From Blastocatellia bacterium (GTDB lineage Bacteria; Acidobacteriota; Blastocatellia; Chloracidobacteriales; JADJPF01), in assembly GCA_039812885.1 (NCBI GenBank), contig JBDIBI010000023.1:19395-83394 (forward strand): 64,000 bases of DNA, in the 5' to 3' direction. The translations under genes and the position numbers were made by a program. Within the stretch, counting starts at the first letter, position 1. Each line of letters begins with the position of its first letter. The notes under the pieces were generated by a model. It ran no database searches and was not told where the DNA came from. It saw only the letters and a program-made list of their open reading frames with translations. Below are positions 47,037-57,382 of the stretch, in pieces.

Positions 47037-49124
47037 TTATTTTTTTCCTTCTAATTCATCTGCTAGTGCTCCGGCATTATATACCTTACGTAGAGCTTCT
47101 AGTATGCCAGCACTATGTACAGCCATTGCTCGTCCTTTGTCCTCTGTATAAATGTAACGAGAAACAAAACGATGAACATTACTATCAAAGTTTACGCCTA
47201 CGATTTCTCCCTTACGGTTAATTACAGGGCTACCAGAATTACCTCCAATTGTGTCTGCTGTGTAGACAAAATCCATTGCTACATTTTGATCAACGGCTGA
47301 TTTATTAGCTGCTAGTTTTGGAGCTAAGTCAAAAGGAGGTTTGTTATCAAAGCTAGCTGCACGATCATAAAGACCTGCAAAAGTTGTTTTATAAGGTACT
47401 AAAGTTGTTCCTAGTTCATACCCTTTTACTACTCCATAACTAAAACGTAAGGTAAAATTAGCATCAGGAGCTATACTGCGACCATAGACGGCAAAACGAG
47501 CTTTAGCTACTTTTTCTCCTGCTGCGGCTCTTTGTCCATCAAAGTTTTCTTTAACAAATTTATCTATTTCTCTAATTATAGGATCTATTTTAAGTGAAGC
47601 TTCAATTAAAGGATCTCCAGACTTTTCTAATGTAGCTAAATCGCCTTCTAATAAAGCTTTTCTATAGTTTACGTCAGACAATTTAGTTTTTGAAATCCAT
47701 TCTTTAGCAACTTCTGCTGGGTTACGGCCGTTTAGAGTGGCTTTAACAAAAGGATCCGCCTTTCCAAGTTCTTCTTGAATTTCTTGTAACCGGTCAGCTA
47801 ACAAAACTTCTTCCATATCTGAATAAATTGGGGCAGGGGAAAGAAGTTGGTATTTTAATGACTCTAAATTTGAATCCCGAAAAGCTGGCAAGCGTTCTGA
47901 ATTAGGCTTTTTAACTTCCACTACATATTGAGCAATAGTAAAAGCTATTCTAGCAAGTTGTGAAGAATTTAAGTTTGAGTAAACTAAGCGTTTATACATT
48001 GGACGTAAGTTTTGGTAAGCTTTAGCCATTTCATCCCAAGCTGAGCCATAAGCTTTTTGTAATTCTGGATTTTCTGCTACACGTTGACGAAGCTCTTTTT
48101 CTTCATTAACTTTTTGTTGCATTAATTTTTCTGTGAGTAAGCCTTCTTGCTGCCCAGTTAAACGCTTTAACCCATTATTTATTCCAGAAATTGTATCTGA
48201 TGCACGACGTTCTGATTCAGTACTTTGCCCAGAGTATTTTACTAGCAAATCTCTTTGACGAGTAGAGCTTTTTAGTTGAATTGCATTAGATACATCTCTT
48301 TGAAACTCAATTTGTGCAAGGGTTCTTAGCCTATCAGTTGATCCAGGATTACCAATAACAAAAATTAATTCATTATCTTCTGGGCCATGACTACTCCAAC
48401 GAAAATAATGTTCAAGCTTAGCAGGCTTACCATTTTCATAGACTCTAACAAATGCAAAATCTAGAGCATAACGAGGATAGGTGAAATTATCATAATCTCC
48501 ACCAAATTCAGCTGCTTGTGCTTCAGGAGCAAATACCATACGTACGTCAGTATATTTTTTGTATTGATAAAGCCAATACTCTCCACCTTCATAAAGTGAA
48601 ATTACTGTAGATTTAAAACCTGTTTTTTCTAAAGATTCTTTTTCAATTTTAGCAACTTCAGCTCGTCTTTTTTCTTCAGCTAGTTTTAAGTCATTTGCTG
48701 TTTGAGTTACAGCACGAATTTGTTCAGTAACATTTTCCATTCCAACAAGCACATTTAGTTCTAAATCTGGACACTTTAGCTCATCAGCATAAGTAGGAGC
48801 ATAAAAACCTGTTTTTAACAAATTACGCTCAGATGTAGAGAGTTTTGCTAGAGTAGAACGTACAATATGGTGATTAGTCAAAGCTAGCCCATCAGCAGAT
48901 ACAAATGAGCCTGAACCATTGTTAAATCGGACTGCTGAAAGCCTTGCATGATCTAACCATTGTTGATCAGGAGAGAAATTATATTTTTCCTTAAGCTGTT
49001 TTAGTGGAGGATTCCCAAAAATCCACATACCTTCATCTGCTTTTACCGCTTTTAATGAAGTAGCAAGAAAACAAAAAAGTAAAACTAAAACAAAAGCTCG
49101 GCTTAAAGTTTTGGTTGTATGCAT
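47037..49124 (-). CDS. S46-family dipeptidyl-peptidase (DPP7/DPP11-like), secreted
   Basis: 695 aa. A signal peptide is followed by ADEGMW. TNHHIV (His) and GGNSGSPVINRKGEIVGVNFD (Ser) are present. Confidence 0.8.
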   Translation of the reverse strand: MHTTKTLSRAFVLVLLFCFLATSLKAVKADEGMWIFGNPPLKQLKEKYNFSPDQQWLDHARLSAVRFNNGSGSFVSADGLALTNHHIVRSTLAKLSTSERNLLKTGFYAPTYADELKCPDLELNVLVGMENVTEQIRAVTQTANDLKLAEEKRRAEVAKIEKESLEKTGFKSTVISLYEGGEYWLYQYKKYTDVRMVFAPEAQAAEFGGDYDNFTYPRYALDFAFVRVYENGKPAKLEHYFRWSSHGPEDNELIFVIGNPGSTDRLRTLAQIEFQRDVSNAIQLKSSTRQRDLLVKYSGQSTESERRASDTISGINNGLKRLTGQQEGLLTEKLMQQKVNEEKELRQRVAENPELQKAYGSAWDEMAKAYQNLRPMYKRLVYSNLNSSQLARIAFTIAQYVVEVKKPNSERLPAFRDSNLESLKYQLLSPAPIYSDMEEVLLADRLQEIQEELGKADPFVKATLNGRNPAEVAKEWISKTKLSDVNYRKALLEGDLATLEKSGDPLIEASLKIDPIIREIDKFVKENFDGQRAAAGEKVAKARFAVYGRSIAPDANFTLRFSYGVVKGYELGTTLVPYKTTFAGLYDRAASFDNKPPFDLAPKLAANKSAVDQNVAMDFVYTADTIGGNSGSPVINRKGEIVGVNFDSNVHRFVSRYIYTEDKGRAMAVHSAGILEALRKVYNAGALADELEGKK

Positions 49125-49349
49125 AAAGACACCTACGCTATGTAAATTAAGTATTAGAAATTTTAATTTGTAAACGACAATACTAACATTCTTTTGATGC
49201 TTTTGGGAGGCAGATGGAAAGGTTCCAGCTCTATTTTAAGCTGGTTAAGATAAACTATAATAGTAAGTAGTTATAAGTATTTTTGTTATATACTAATCAA
49301 AGCTATAAGATCTATCCAAAAAATTTTTCCTAGAAAAGTTTTTGGTAAT

Positions 49350-50585
49350 TTATTTTGACATTTCACTTCTATCATCAATAAATAGCAAAGTTGAACTCAT
49401 GTCAAAATCTAGGAGAGCTTGTCCAACCAGTTCATAGTTAAAAGGTGCAACACATACATGCTGACCAGCAGTGCGTATATCTCTTAAACAACGCTCAAGT
49501 GGATTACCTGTATAAAGTGCTGAAGCTCCTCCAGCATTAAACATAAGATCAACAGCTTGTGTAGCCATTGTTGTAGCTTGTGTAGCTGCAAGCCACAATA
49601 TTGAGCGTTGTTTAACTGAAAGTGTATTTCCTTTACTAACTTCTTGCCAGGCATCAGTGAGACTTTCATATAGGAATGCTCGTGCTGATCTTAGAAGCGC
49701 TTCAGCTCGTGCTATATCTATTTGTACTGTAGCATGATGACGTAATGTATATTTTGTACGAGTTGGAGTTTTAACGTCTGTTAATTTAATAAGGGTATTA
49801 ATAGCGTTTCTGGCAATTCCTAATGGAACAGCCGCAATACATAGACCAAAAAGTGCAATGGTGGGAAAAGAATATAACGATCCTGAATTGATAGGAGATT
49901 CTCTAAAGGATAACGACCAAGTTTTAGGAATAAATAATTCTGATACAGTAAAATCATTGCTTCCTGTTCCACGTAAGCCGGTTGAATGCCAGGTATCTAT
50001 AATCTTACAGGAACTAGCAGGGAAAAACATAATACGTGTAACAGGATTACCACTATTTAAAGATTGCTCTTGACCATCAAAAATACGGCAGCCTCCTACA
50101 AGCCAAGTGCAATGCTGACAACCACTAGCAAAAGGCCAGCGACCAGTAACATAGTATCCTTCATCTGTAGCTACTGCTTGACCAGTTGGACGAAATGATC
50201 CGCCTGTTATAACATTTGGATCGCTACCATATATTTCACCAGCTATTTTTATAGGTAAAAGCCCTGCAAATAAACCATAAGCTCCTCCTATCATTAAACA
50301 CCAACCTGTAGCGCTATCTATGGTAGAAATCTCTTCTACAACACGAACAAAAGTTATTGGGTCAGATTCTAGTCCACCTAAATCTTTAGGGATAAATAGT
50401 TGAAAAAGTCTTTCTTTTAAAAGGATTTTAATTAATTGTATAGGGAGTTGTCTTGTAAGTTCTATTTCTTCGGTATAAGTTTGTATAATTGGGGCAAGCG
50501 ATTGCGCTATCTCAAGAAAGTGTTTTGAAAAAGCTGTGGTCATAACTTGTTCTCGAAACATTGATTTATAAAATACTTTCGCCAT
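49350..50585 (-). CDS. acyl-CoA-dehydrogenase-fold flavoprotein (possibly a group D flavin monooxygenase)
   Basis: 411 aa. WHSTGLRGTGSNDFTVSELFIP and the C-terminal helical domain are typical of the ACAD type 2 / DszC-like family. The start is uncertain, with in-frame Met at codons 9 and 15. Confidence 0.6.
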   Translation of the reverse strand: MAKVFYKSMFREQVMTTAFSKHFLEIAQSLAPIIQTYTEEIELTRQLPIQLIKILLKERLFQLFIPKDLGGLESDPITFVRVVEEISTIDSATGWCLMIGGAYGLFAGLLPIKIAGEIYGSDPNVITGGSFRPTGQAVATDEGYYVTGRWPFASGCQHCTWLVGGCRIFDGQEQSLNSGNPVTRIMFFPASSCKIIDTWHSTGLRGTGSNDFTVSELFIPKTWSLSFRESPINSGSLYSFPTIALFGLCIAAVPLGIARNAINTLIKLTDVKTPTRTKYTLRHHATVQIDIARAEALLRSARAFLYESLTDAWQEVSKGNTLSVKQRSILWLAATQATTMATQAVDLMFNAGGASALYTGNPLERCLRDIRTAGQHVCVAPFNYELVGQALLDFDMSSTLLFIDDRSEMSK

Positions 50586-50829
50586 GAAAAGTGTTTAACT
50601 TATCTCTTCTAAAGTAACTCTGCATTTGTTTTAAATTTGCAATAGATTTAAGGTCATGACGTGGATAAATATAAAGACGTATTTTTTTTGCAAAAATATA
50701 CAACTTATAAAAATTTTTAGATTAATTTTTTCTGAATATTTAGTAAAAAACAAAGATAAGGCAAAAATTTTCTATAAACTTTTTAGGAAATACCTATCAA
50801 AAATTAAGCAAAGTTATAGAAACTACTAA

Positions 50830-50979
50830 AGAAGAGTAGAAGGTTATTTAGATAAATTGATAGCTATCTTTGATAAAGAAGTTAGCATTGGTGAGACAGC
50901 TTTTTATTATGGTATCATTCAAAAAAACAAGTATCATTATGGTCAAATTGCTTTGCTAAAAGGGCATTGTAGTTGTTGA
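50830..50979 (+). pseudogene. possible remnant of a DinB-family gene (C-terminal fragment only)
   Basis: A 49-codon open stretch with no ATG ends ...GETAFYYGIIQKNKYHYGQIALLKGHCSC*. The YHYGQI segment resembles the C-terminal H-x-x-x-H-x-G-Q motif of the DinB superfamily. It lies 57 nt upstream of an intact DinB-like gene. Confidence 0.25.
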
Positions 50980-51035
50980 AACTTTTAAAATTTAAGTGAT
51001 AGAAAACAGAAAATAGTAATATTGGGAGTATTAAG

Positions 51036-51509
51036 ATGGCAGAACTAAGTAACTATAAATATAGAGGGGCACGTGCTCTTATACTTTTACATGAATCACA
51101 CATGAAAATTTGGTTTGAAACTTGGAAAAAGGCAAAAGAATTAGGAGTTTCTTTACCCATAACAGAAGATCCCAATTACCAATCACTTGATACGTTGCTT
51201 TATCACACATTAAGAGCTGCAAGAGGTTATATGCAATGGATGTGTGAGAAATTAGAGTTACCTGATCCTAAAATTGAAAATCCTCCTGCATTAGAAGAAA
51301 TAGAAAAAACCGCTAATGATTATCTTGAACATTTGCTTAAACAGTGGCGATTACCACTACAAGATATAGAAGAAGAACGTTTTTATAATCCTTCTTATAA
51401 ATCACGTTGGGGTGTAGATTATTGTATTGATGCAATGCTTGAACATGCTGTAATGCATCCTATTAGGCATTATTTCCAGCTTCAGGAATTAATAGAGAAT
51501 AAAAAGTAA
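51036..51509 (+). CDS. DinB/YfiT-like four-helix-bundle protein
   Basis: 157 aa. The conserved His positions (LLHESH, LYHTLRAARGY, LEHAVMHPIRH) fit the DinB superfamily pattern. Confidence 0.5.
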   Translation: MAELSNYKYRGARALILLHESHMKIWFETWKKAKELGVSLPITEDPNYQSLDTLLYHTLRAARGYMQWMCEKLELPDPKIENPPALEEIEKTANDYLEHLLKQWRLPLQDIEEERFYNPSYKSRWGVDYCIDAMLEHAVMHPIRHYFQLQELIENKK

Positions 51510-51536
51510 TGATTTTTGAAGCAATAAAGTGAATTT

Positions 51537-53306
51537 TTAGGTCAAAATATATAAGTCATCTACATTTAACTGGGGTTTTTGTGAGCCATTCCATTCATTG
51601 ATTTCTATTTTGCCTAGTAGGGCAATATTAGTCCCTACTTTTAGTTGGTCATAAAAATCTGAATGGTGCCACCAAATAGCTTCTAGTGAAGGGCCACGGC
51701 CTGCAAGTCTCAATCGCAAATGCTTGTTGGCAATTATTCTTACTTCAATTAAGCGGCCTCTAACAATAAAAGATGGACGAGGATTGTCTATTCCATGAGG
51801 CTCAAGTAATGCAAGTGTTTTGATTAAGTCTACAGTAACTTCTGTGGGTATTAATTCTCCCTCATAAGTTCTAGTATGAATTAAATCTTCAGAAGTTAAA
51901 TTTTTCTGTGCATAAGCATTAATACGACGGCGTAATTCTCCTATACGACTGGCTTCTAATGAAAATCCTGCTGCTGCTGTGTGACCACCAAATTTATTTA
52001 GTAGCCCATCTGAAATAGCTTCTAAGGCTTGGACAATATTAAACTGTTTGATGCTTCGTGCTGAGCCATGAGCTATGCCATTACGAATTGAACAAACTAA
52101 AGCTGGACGACCATAACGCTCAACTATTTTAGCAGCTGCAATTCCAACTACACCTTGATGCCAACCTTCTTCATGCTCGCCACCAAAAACATAAACTAAA
52201 TCTTGACAACCTTCCTGTTCAATTTTTTTAAGTATTTGTTCAATTAACCATTGTTGAACAGCTTGACGTTGGCGGTTAAGTTCATCAATTTGTGTAGCAA
52301 TAGACCAAGCATCTTCTTTATTTGTAGAATCTAGCAGGCTAATTACTTGTAGTGTAGTTCCATCCATACGACCTGCTGCATTAATTCTTGGGCCTAACTT
52401 AAAGCCTAGATCATAGCTGGTAATTTTATGATTATGCAGCCCAGAAATGCCTAACAATGCATCTAACCCTTTGTTAGGAGAACCACTATTAAGACCACGT
52501 AATCCAGCTTGAACAATAGCCCGATTGGAATAGCTACTTAGCGGTACCATATCAGAAATAGTGCCTATAGCAACTAACTTACATAAAGATTGTAAAATAG
52601 CATCTCGATTTTTGTGCTCATTAAGTAAAACTCTGGAGAGTTGTAAAGAAATTCCACAAGCAGCTAAGTCTTTTTCAGGATACTGACAACCTGCTTGTTT
52701 AGGGCAAAGTACTATGGCATCTTCTGGAGCACGGCTACCTAAAACTGTATGATGGTCAATACAAATTCCTGTAAGCCCTTTTTCTTTGGCCATTGTCCAT
52801 TCTGAGTGCGCTGTAATGCCAATGTCTACAGAAATTAAAATCTTGACCCCATCAGAAGCGGCTTTCTCTATAATTCCTGGATTCAGCCCATATCCATCTT
52901 TTTCACGATCTGGAACATGATAGGAAATATTTTTTGTAGCAGCAGGATTTATTAAGCGAAACGCCTGTAGTAATGTAATTAGCCCTGTTGTTCCATCACA
53001 ATCATAATCTCCAACTATGCGAATAGGCGTGCCTTTTTGAAGTGCATCAATCAAAATGCTTTGGGCTTTATCCATATTTAGCATTTTTTGTGGGTCAGGG
53101 ATATTACTTAAGGATGCTGAGATAAAGCTTTGAGCCTTAGTAAAATCATTTAATCCACGCCAAGTAAGGGCTCTGGCAACGATTGGGTGAATATGAAGCT
53201 TATTGCTTAATTCCTGGGTTTTCTCTGGATCAACTTCTGCAGCAACCCAACGACAATTAGTAATAGAAAGCCCGGAAAATTCTGCTGTATTTTGCATACT
53301 AGCCAT
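51537..53306 (-). CDS. recJ: single-stranded-DNA-specific exonuclease RecJ
   Basis: 589 aa with the DHH-family motifs GDYDCDGTTG, SVDIG, CIDHH and GGHTAAAG. Confidence 0.9.
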   Translation of the reverse strand: MASMQNTAEFSGLSITNCRWVAAEVDPEKTQELSNKLHIHPIVARALTWRGLNDFTKAQSFISASLSNIPDPQKMLNMDKAQSILIDALQKGTPIRIVGDYDCDGTTGLITLLQAFRLINPAATKNISYHVPDREKDGYGLNPGIIEKAASDGVKILISVDIGITAHSEWTMAKEKGLTGICIDHHTVLGSRAPEDAIVLCPKQAGCQYPEKDLAACGISLQLSRVLLNEHKNRDAILQSLCKLVAIGTISDMVPLSSYSNRAIVQAGLRGLNSGSPNKGLDALLGISGLHNHKITSYDLGFKLGPRINAAGRMDGTTLQVISLLDSTNKEDAWSIATQIDELNRQRQAVQQWLIEQILKKIEQEGCQDLVYVFGGEHEEGWHQGVVGIAAAKIVERYGRPALVCSIRNGIAHGSARSIKQFNIVQALEAISDGLLNKFGGHTAAAGFSLEASRIGELRRRINAYAQKNLTSEDLIHTRTYEGELIPTEVTVDLIKTLALLEPHGIDNPRPSFIVRGRLIEVRIIANKHLRLRLAGRGPSLEAIWWHHSDFYDQLKVGTNIALLGKIEINEWNGSQKPQLNVDDLYILT

Positions 53307-53485
53307 TCTAGCGGAAAAATCTTATTAAAGATAGCATCAGAGGTAATTAAGAACCAGATTTTAACTTTTGTGTCTGCTCTAGCCTTTAACTGTGGTTTGC
53401 CACAATGTTAGAAACTAATAAAAAAACTAGAATGGCTTAAAGTTAAAATGAACTAAATTTTTGTAGAATCCATAAGGAGCAAGAA

Positions 53486-54778
53486 ATGGTTAAAAGAATT
53501 ATTGCCATAGTGATTATTTATATATTTACTACAATTGCTTGGATGATTTTAGGTGCAACTATATTTTCCCGCACTTATAATCTAGATAACCGATTAGATG
53601 ACAAAGTTGCTTCTACTTGGGGATCAGAGCAAAATCAATCTCCTCCCAATGCTATTACAGGAAAAACTATCACTAAGGAAACAACTACAGTAGAAGATGG
53701 TAAAGTAATAACCCGTAGTGCAAATGAATTTGTTTCAACACCATTACCTCTAGAGAGCAGTGATATTGATGTAAGTTTTGAATTAGAACATCGTCAAAAA
53801 GGATTACTTTGGTATAGCACTTATAAAGTTAATTTTAGTGGTACTTATACTTTTGTTAATAATACAGATAGTGAGAAGGCTACATTTACTTTTAACTTTC
53901 CTTCCTCAAATGCTATTTATGCAGACTTAATCTTTACAGTAAATGATGCAGTTGTAAATCTAACAAATAAAGAAAATGTAGCAACAGCTAATGCTCAAAT
54001 ACCTATTGGAAAACCAGCTACATTAAAAATAGCTTATCGTTCTCAAGGTTTAAATGAATGGCGTTATAATTTTGGGAATGAAGTAGCTCAAGTTAAAAAC
54101 TTTTCAATGAGAATGAAAACAAACTTTTCAGACATAGATTTTCCTGAAAACACGCTTTCTCCTAGTGAGAAACGGGAAACAGGTCAAGGATGGGAATTAA
54201 TTTGGTCTTATAAGAGTTTAGTTTCAGGTTTTAAGATTGGAATGGTAATGCCTGAAAAACTTCAGCCTGGCCCATTAGCAGGAAAAATAAGTTTTTTTGC
54301 TCCTGTGTCTTTGTTTTTCTTCTTCTTTATAATGTTTATCATTACTACAATGCGCAATATAGAATTACATCCAATGAATTATTTCTTTATTGCTACAGGG
54401 TTTTTTGCTTTCCACTTGTTGATGGCTTACCTAGTAGATCATTTATCAATCCATAGTTCATTTATAATTAGCTCAGCTGTTTCTATCTTCTTGGTTGTGA
54501 GTTATTTACGATTAGTGGTAGGAATGCAGTTTGCTGCTCGTGAAGCTATGCTAGCTCAATTTGTTTATTTAGTGTTATTTTCTTATGCATTCTTCTTTAA
54601 GGGATTTACTGGTTTAACAATAACCATAGGTTCAATTTTAACATTATTTGTTGTAATGCAGCTTACAGGTCGTATTCGTTGGGAAGAAAAATTTGCCACT
54701 AAGATGGTTTACATTCCAAAAGATGATAAAGCTCAAGAAACAAAGGCTCAAGAAGTAAAAGTTGATTCTCAAATGTAG
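53486..54778 (+). CDS. creD: CreD-family inner membrane protein
   Basis: 430 aa: an N-terminal TM, a large periplasmic domain and a C-terminal multi-TM block. ELHPMNYFFIATGFFAFHLLMAYLVDH parallels E. coli CreD RLHPMQYLLVGLSL... (recalled sequence). Confidence 0.65.
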   Translation: MVKRIIAIVIIYIFTTIAWMILGATIFSRTYNLDNRLDDKVASTWGSEQNQSPPNAITGKTITKETTTVEDGKVITRSANEFVSTPLPLESSDIDVSFELEHRQKGLLWYSTYKVNFSGTYTFVNNTDSEKATFTFNFPSSNAIYADLIFTVNDAVVNLTNKENVATANAQIPIGKPATLKIAYRSQGLNEWRYNFGNEVAQVKNFSMRMKTNFSDIDFPENTLSPSEKRETGQGWELIWSYKSLVSGFKIGMVMPEKLQPGPLAGKISFFAPVSLFFFFFIMFIITTMRNIELHPMNYFFIATGFFAFHLLMAYLVDHLSIHSSFIISSAVSIFLVVSYLRLVVGMQFAAREAMLAQFVYLVLFSYAFFFKGFTGLTITIGSILTLFVVMQLTGRIRWEEKFATKMVYIPKDDKAQETKAQEVKVDSQM

Positions 54779-55074
54779 AAGTTCTTATATTTTACTTTTA
54801 AGTGTTATTCTAGTTAAGTAGTTTACACCCAAATTATTTAATTATGTAATAACACTTATAATTATTTAATTAGCTTTATGTCGCTTACGTATAATAGCTC
54901 TATAATAACATATTGTTGTACATGTATTTATTAGTGGATTTTTAAGTTAGTATTTTCCCTGGATCGAAATGTTTATCCGAGTAGATTAGATTTCTCCAAG
55001 TCTATATATTACAATAAATGCTTCTTTTTAAAGCCAAAATTTTAGTTTGTTAGAAGTTTATTAAGGAAGCAATT

Positions 55075-57357
55075 ATGTCTGTTAATTTTAATAAAGAATT
55101 AACTTTAAAACGCGCAGAACTTTACTTACAACAAAACCAGATAAATTCTGCTATTGATGAATATAAAAAAATAGTAGAAACGACAAAAGATATAAATCTG
55201 ATGAACCTTTTAGGAGATTTATATATTCGAATTGGAGACAATGAAAAGGCAATAAATTGTTTTATTCCTGTTGCAGAAGAATACTCTGCAATGGATTTTA
55301 ACCTTAAAGCCATTGCAATGTATAAAAAAATCTACAAGCTTGATACTAATAACAAAGTAATACTGCTAAAAATAGCAGATCTACATGTAAAAAATAAACA
55401 TCCAATGGAGGCTATTAATCTTTATAATCAAGTATTAGAGAGTTATAAAAGCATAGAAAATCGCCAAGGAATTATTAAAGTACTTAAGCGAATTGTAAAA
55501 TTAGAGCCTGAAAATATAAGTAAAAAGCAAGAGTTAGCTTCAAATTATCAACTAGAAGGGCTATTTTCAGAAGCTGAAAATATTTACCTAGAAATAGGTG
55601 AAAAACTATTAGGACAACAAAAATTAGAAGAAGCTATAAAAATTTTTGACAAAATTCTTTTTCATAATCCTATTCACAAAACTGCTCTAAAAAATCAAGT
55701 AAACGCACTCTTACAAGCTAAACAAGTAGAAAGAAGTTTAGAAATTATCAAAAAAGCCATTGAAAAAAATTTTGAAGATATGGATTTCTTTGTTCTTTTA
55801 GGAAAAACTTACTTATCTTTAAATAAACTAGATGAAGCCGAAAAAACATTTATTGACTTAGTTACTAAAGATAGCTCACGTTATGCTTATTTACTAGAAA
55901 TAGCAAAAGTATTTTTGGTAGAAAAAGAATTTGATAGAACTGTGGGACTTATAGAACTTTTTATTGATGTTATTTTAGAAAAAAAGCAAAAGAGAAAAAT
56001 TACAAATCTACTAACAGAAATTCTTAAGCAAGATCCTAATCATCTTAAAACTATCAAATGTTTGGCTTATATTTATAGGAAGTTACAAGAAAAAGGTAGT
56101 TTAATATCTACTTTAAAAATGTTAGTCAAAACAGCCCTTAGCCATGGTGAAGAAAAAGAAGCAATTGAAGCACTTAATTCTTTAATAGAACTAGAATCTG
56201 ATAATGAATCTTATAAAAAAGAACTGGAAAATATAAAGAATAGTTCTATAAGTTCAAAAAACTTTACCAATCTATTGCAATCAACTGTAAAGGATTCAAA
56301 AAGTCAACTAACAAATAAATTTCTTAAAACAGAATCAGAAATAAATGCTGATCCTACTTCTACACAGGAATTGTTAGAAGGCATGATGGCAGGAAATATC
56401 TCTTATTTGGATGCTCAGCAAAATTTGCTGGAAGCTATGGTGGCAGCATATCCAGATTATTTAGAAGCTAGAATTAAACTAAAAAATATTTATCTACAGA
56501 AAGATTTAAAGCAAAAAGCAGCACAAGAGTGTTTAGAAATAGCGAAAATTTATAAAGAGTTAAATCAAAAAGAGAAAGCTAAAAAGACATTAAAAGAAGC
56601 TTATGAAAATGATCCAACTTTAAGGAAAGATGCAATAGACTCACAAGAAACTTTTGGTGATAGTGATGAAAAGATAGTTTCTAAAGAAACAGAGTTGCTT
56701 ACTGATCCCAAAATAAGTAATATTACCGCTCAACAAAGTAAATTACCCTCAGAAGTTATAAGCTGTCACAATAAAAATAACACTGAAGTAGATTTAACTA
56801 GTATATTTTCAAATCAAGTGGTAACTAATCCACCTATTTCCAACAAAATAGCTGCTCAAAAATTACCTAATGAGAGTCTTTCACCTTTATCTTTTGTAGA
56901 TATAACCTTTTTACAAGAGAAAAATGCTTTGCTTGATAGAGAATGGCGTAGAGCTGTTCGTAGTAATGAAGAAATCTCACTAGTAGCTGTTAAGATTGAT
57001 GGTTTTATGGATTATTTATGGAATTTGGGAGAAGCGTTTATAGAAGAGTGTAGAACTAAAATTTTAAAAGCAATTCAAGATACATTATTTCGAGGGGGTG
57101 ATCAGGTAGTTAATTGCATTAGAAAAGATATACTTATACTTATATTACCTGATACTTCAAGAGAAGGAGCAATATTAATTGTTGAGCGAATTAACTCTTC
57201 TATTGCTAAAATAAAACTTGATCAATTAAATTCGTCTTTGACTTTGAGTCAAGTTATTGCTAGCGCAAAGCCAAAACGTAATAATAACCCTTCTATATTA
57301 TTAGAACAGTTGGTAAATAATTACTCTAAACTAACAACAAACAATCAAATTATTTAA
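55075..57357 (+). CDS. TPR-repeat protein with a C-terminal degenerate GGDEF-like domain
   Basis: 760 aa. The N-terminal ~500 aa are TPR-like helical repeats. The C-terminus (LVAVKIDGFMDY ... RGGDQVVNCIRKDILILILPDTSREGAILIVERI) follows the GGDEF-domain pattern but has no GG(D/E)EF signature. Confidence 0.5.
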   Translation: MSVNFNKELTLKRAELYLQQNQINSAIDEYKKIVETTKDINLMNLLGDLYIRIGDNEKAINCFIPVAEEYSAMDFNLKAIAMYKKIYKLDTNNKVILLKIADLHVKNKHPMEAINLYNQVLESYKSIENRQGIIKVLKRIVKLEPENISKKQELASNYQLEGLFSEAENIYLEIGEKLLGQQKLEEAIKIFDKILFHNPIHKTALKNQVNALLQAKQVERSLEIIKKAIEKNFEDMDFFVLLGKTYLSLNKLDEAEKTFIDLVTKDSSRYAYLLEIAKVFLVEKEFDRTVGLIELFIDVILEKKQKRKITNLLTEILKQDPNHLKTIKCLAYIYRKLQEKGSLISTLKMLVKTALSHGEEKEAIEALNSLIELESDNESYKKELENIKNSSISSKNFTNLLQSTVKDSKSQLTNKFLKTESEINADPTSTQELLEGMMAGNISYLDAQQNLLEAMVAAYPDYLEARIKLKNIYLQKDLKQKAAQECLEIAKIYKELNQKEKAKKTLKEAYENDPTLRKDAIDSQETFGDSDEKIVSKETELLTDPKISNITAQQSKLPSEVISCHNKNNTEVDLTSIFSNQVVTNPPISNKIAAQKLPNESLSPLSFVDITFLQEKNALLDREWRRAVRSNEEISLVAVKIDGFMDYLWNLGEAFIEECRTKILKAIQDTLFRGGDQVVNCIRKDILILILPDTSREGAILIVERINSSIAKIKLDQLNSSLTLSQVIASAKPKRNNNPSILLEQLVNNYSKLTTNNQII

Positions 57358-57382
57358 GCTTAAATTTAGAAACATAACAACT

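Noticed and set aside
46930-47151. 73-aa plus-strand ORF with the repeating peptide KRAQPGDYK.
   Set aside because: It is a translation of the 27-bp tandem repeat, which stays in frame because 27 is 9 codons. It runs antisense into the 3' end of the S46 peptidase gene, has no RBS, and the equivalent array at locus 1 is not open.
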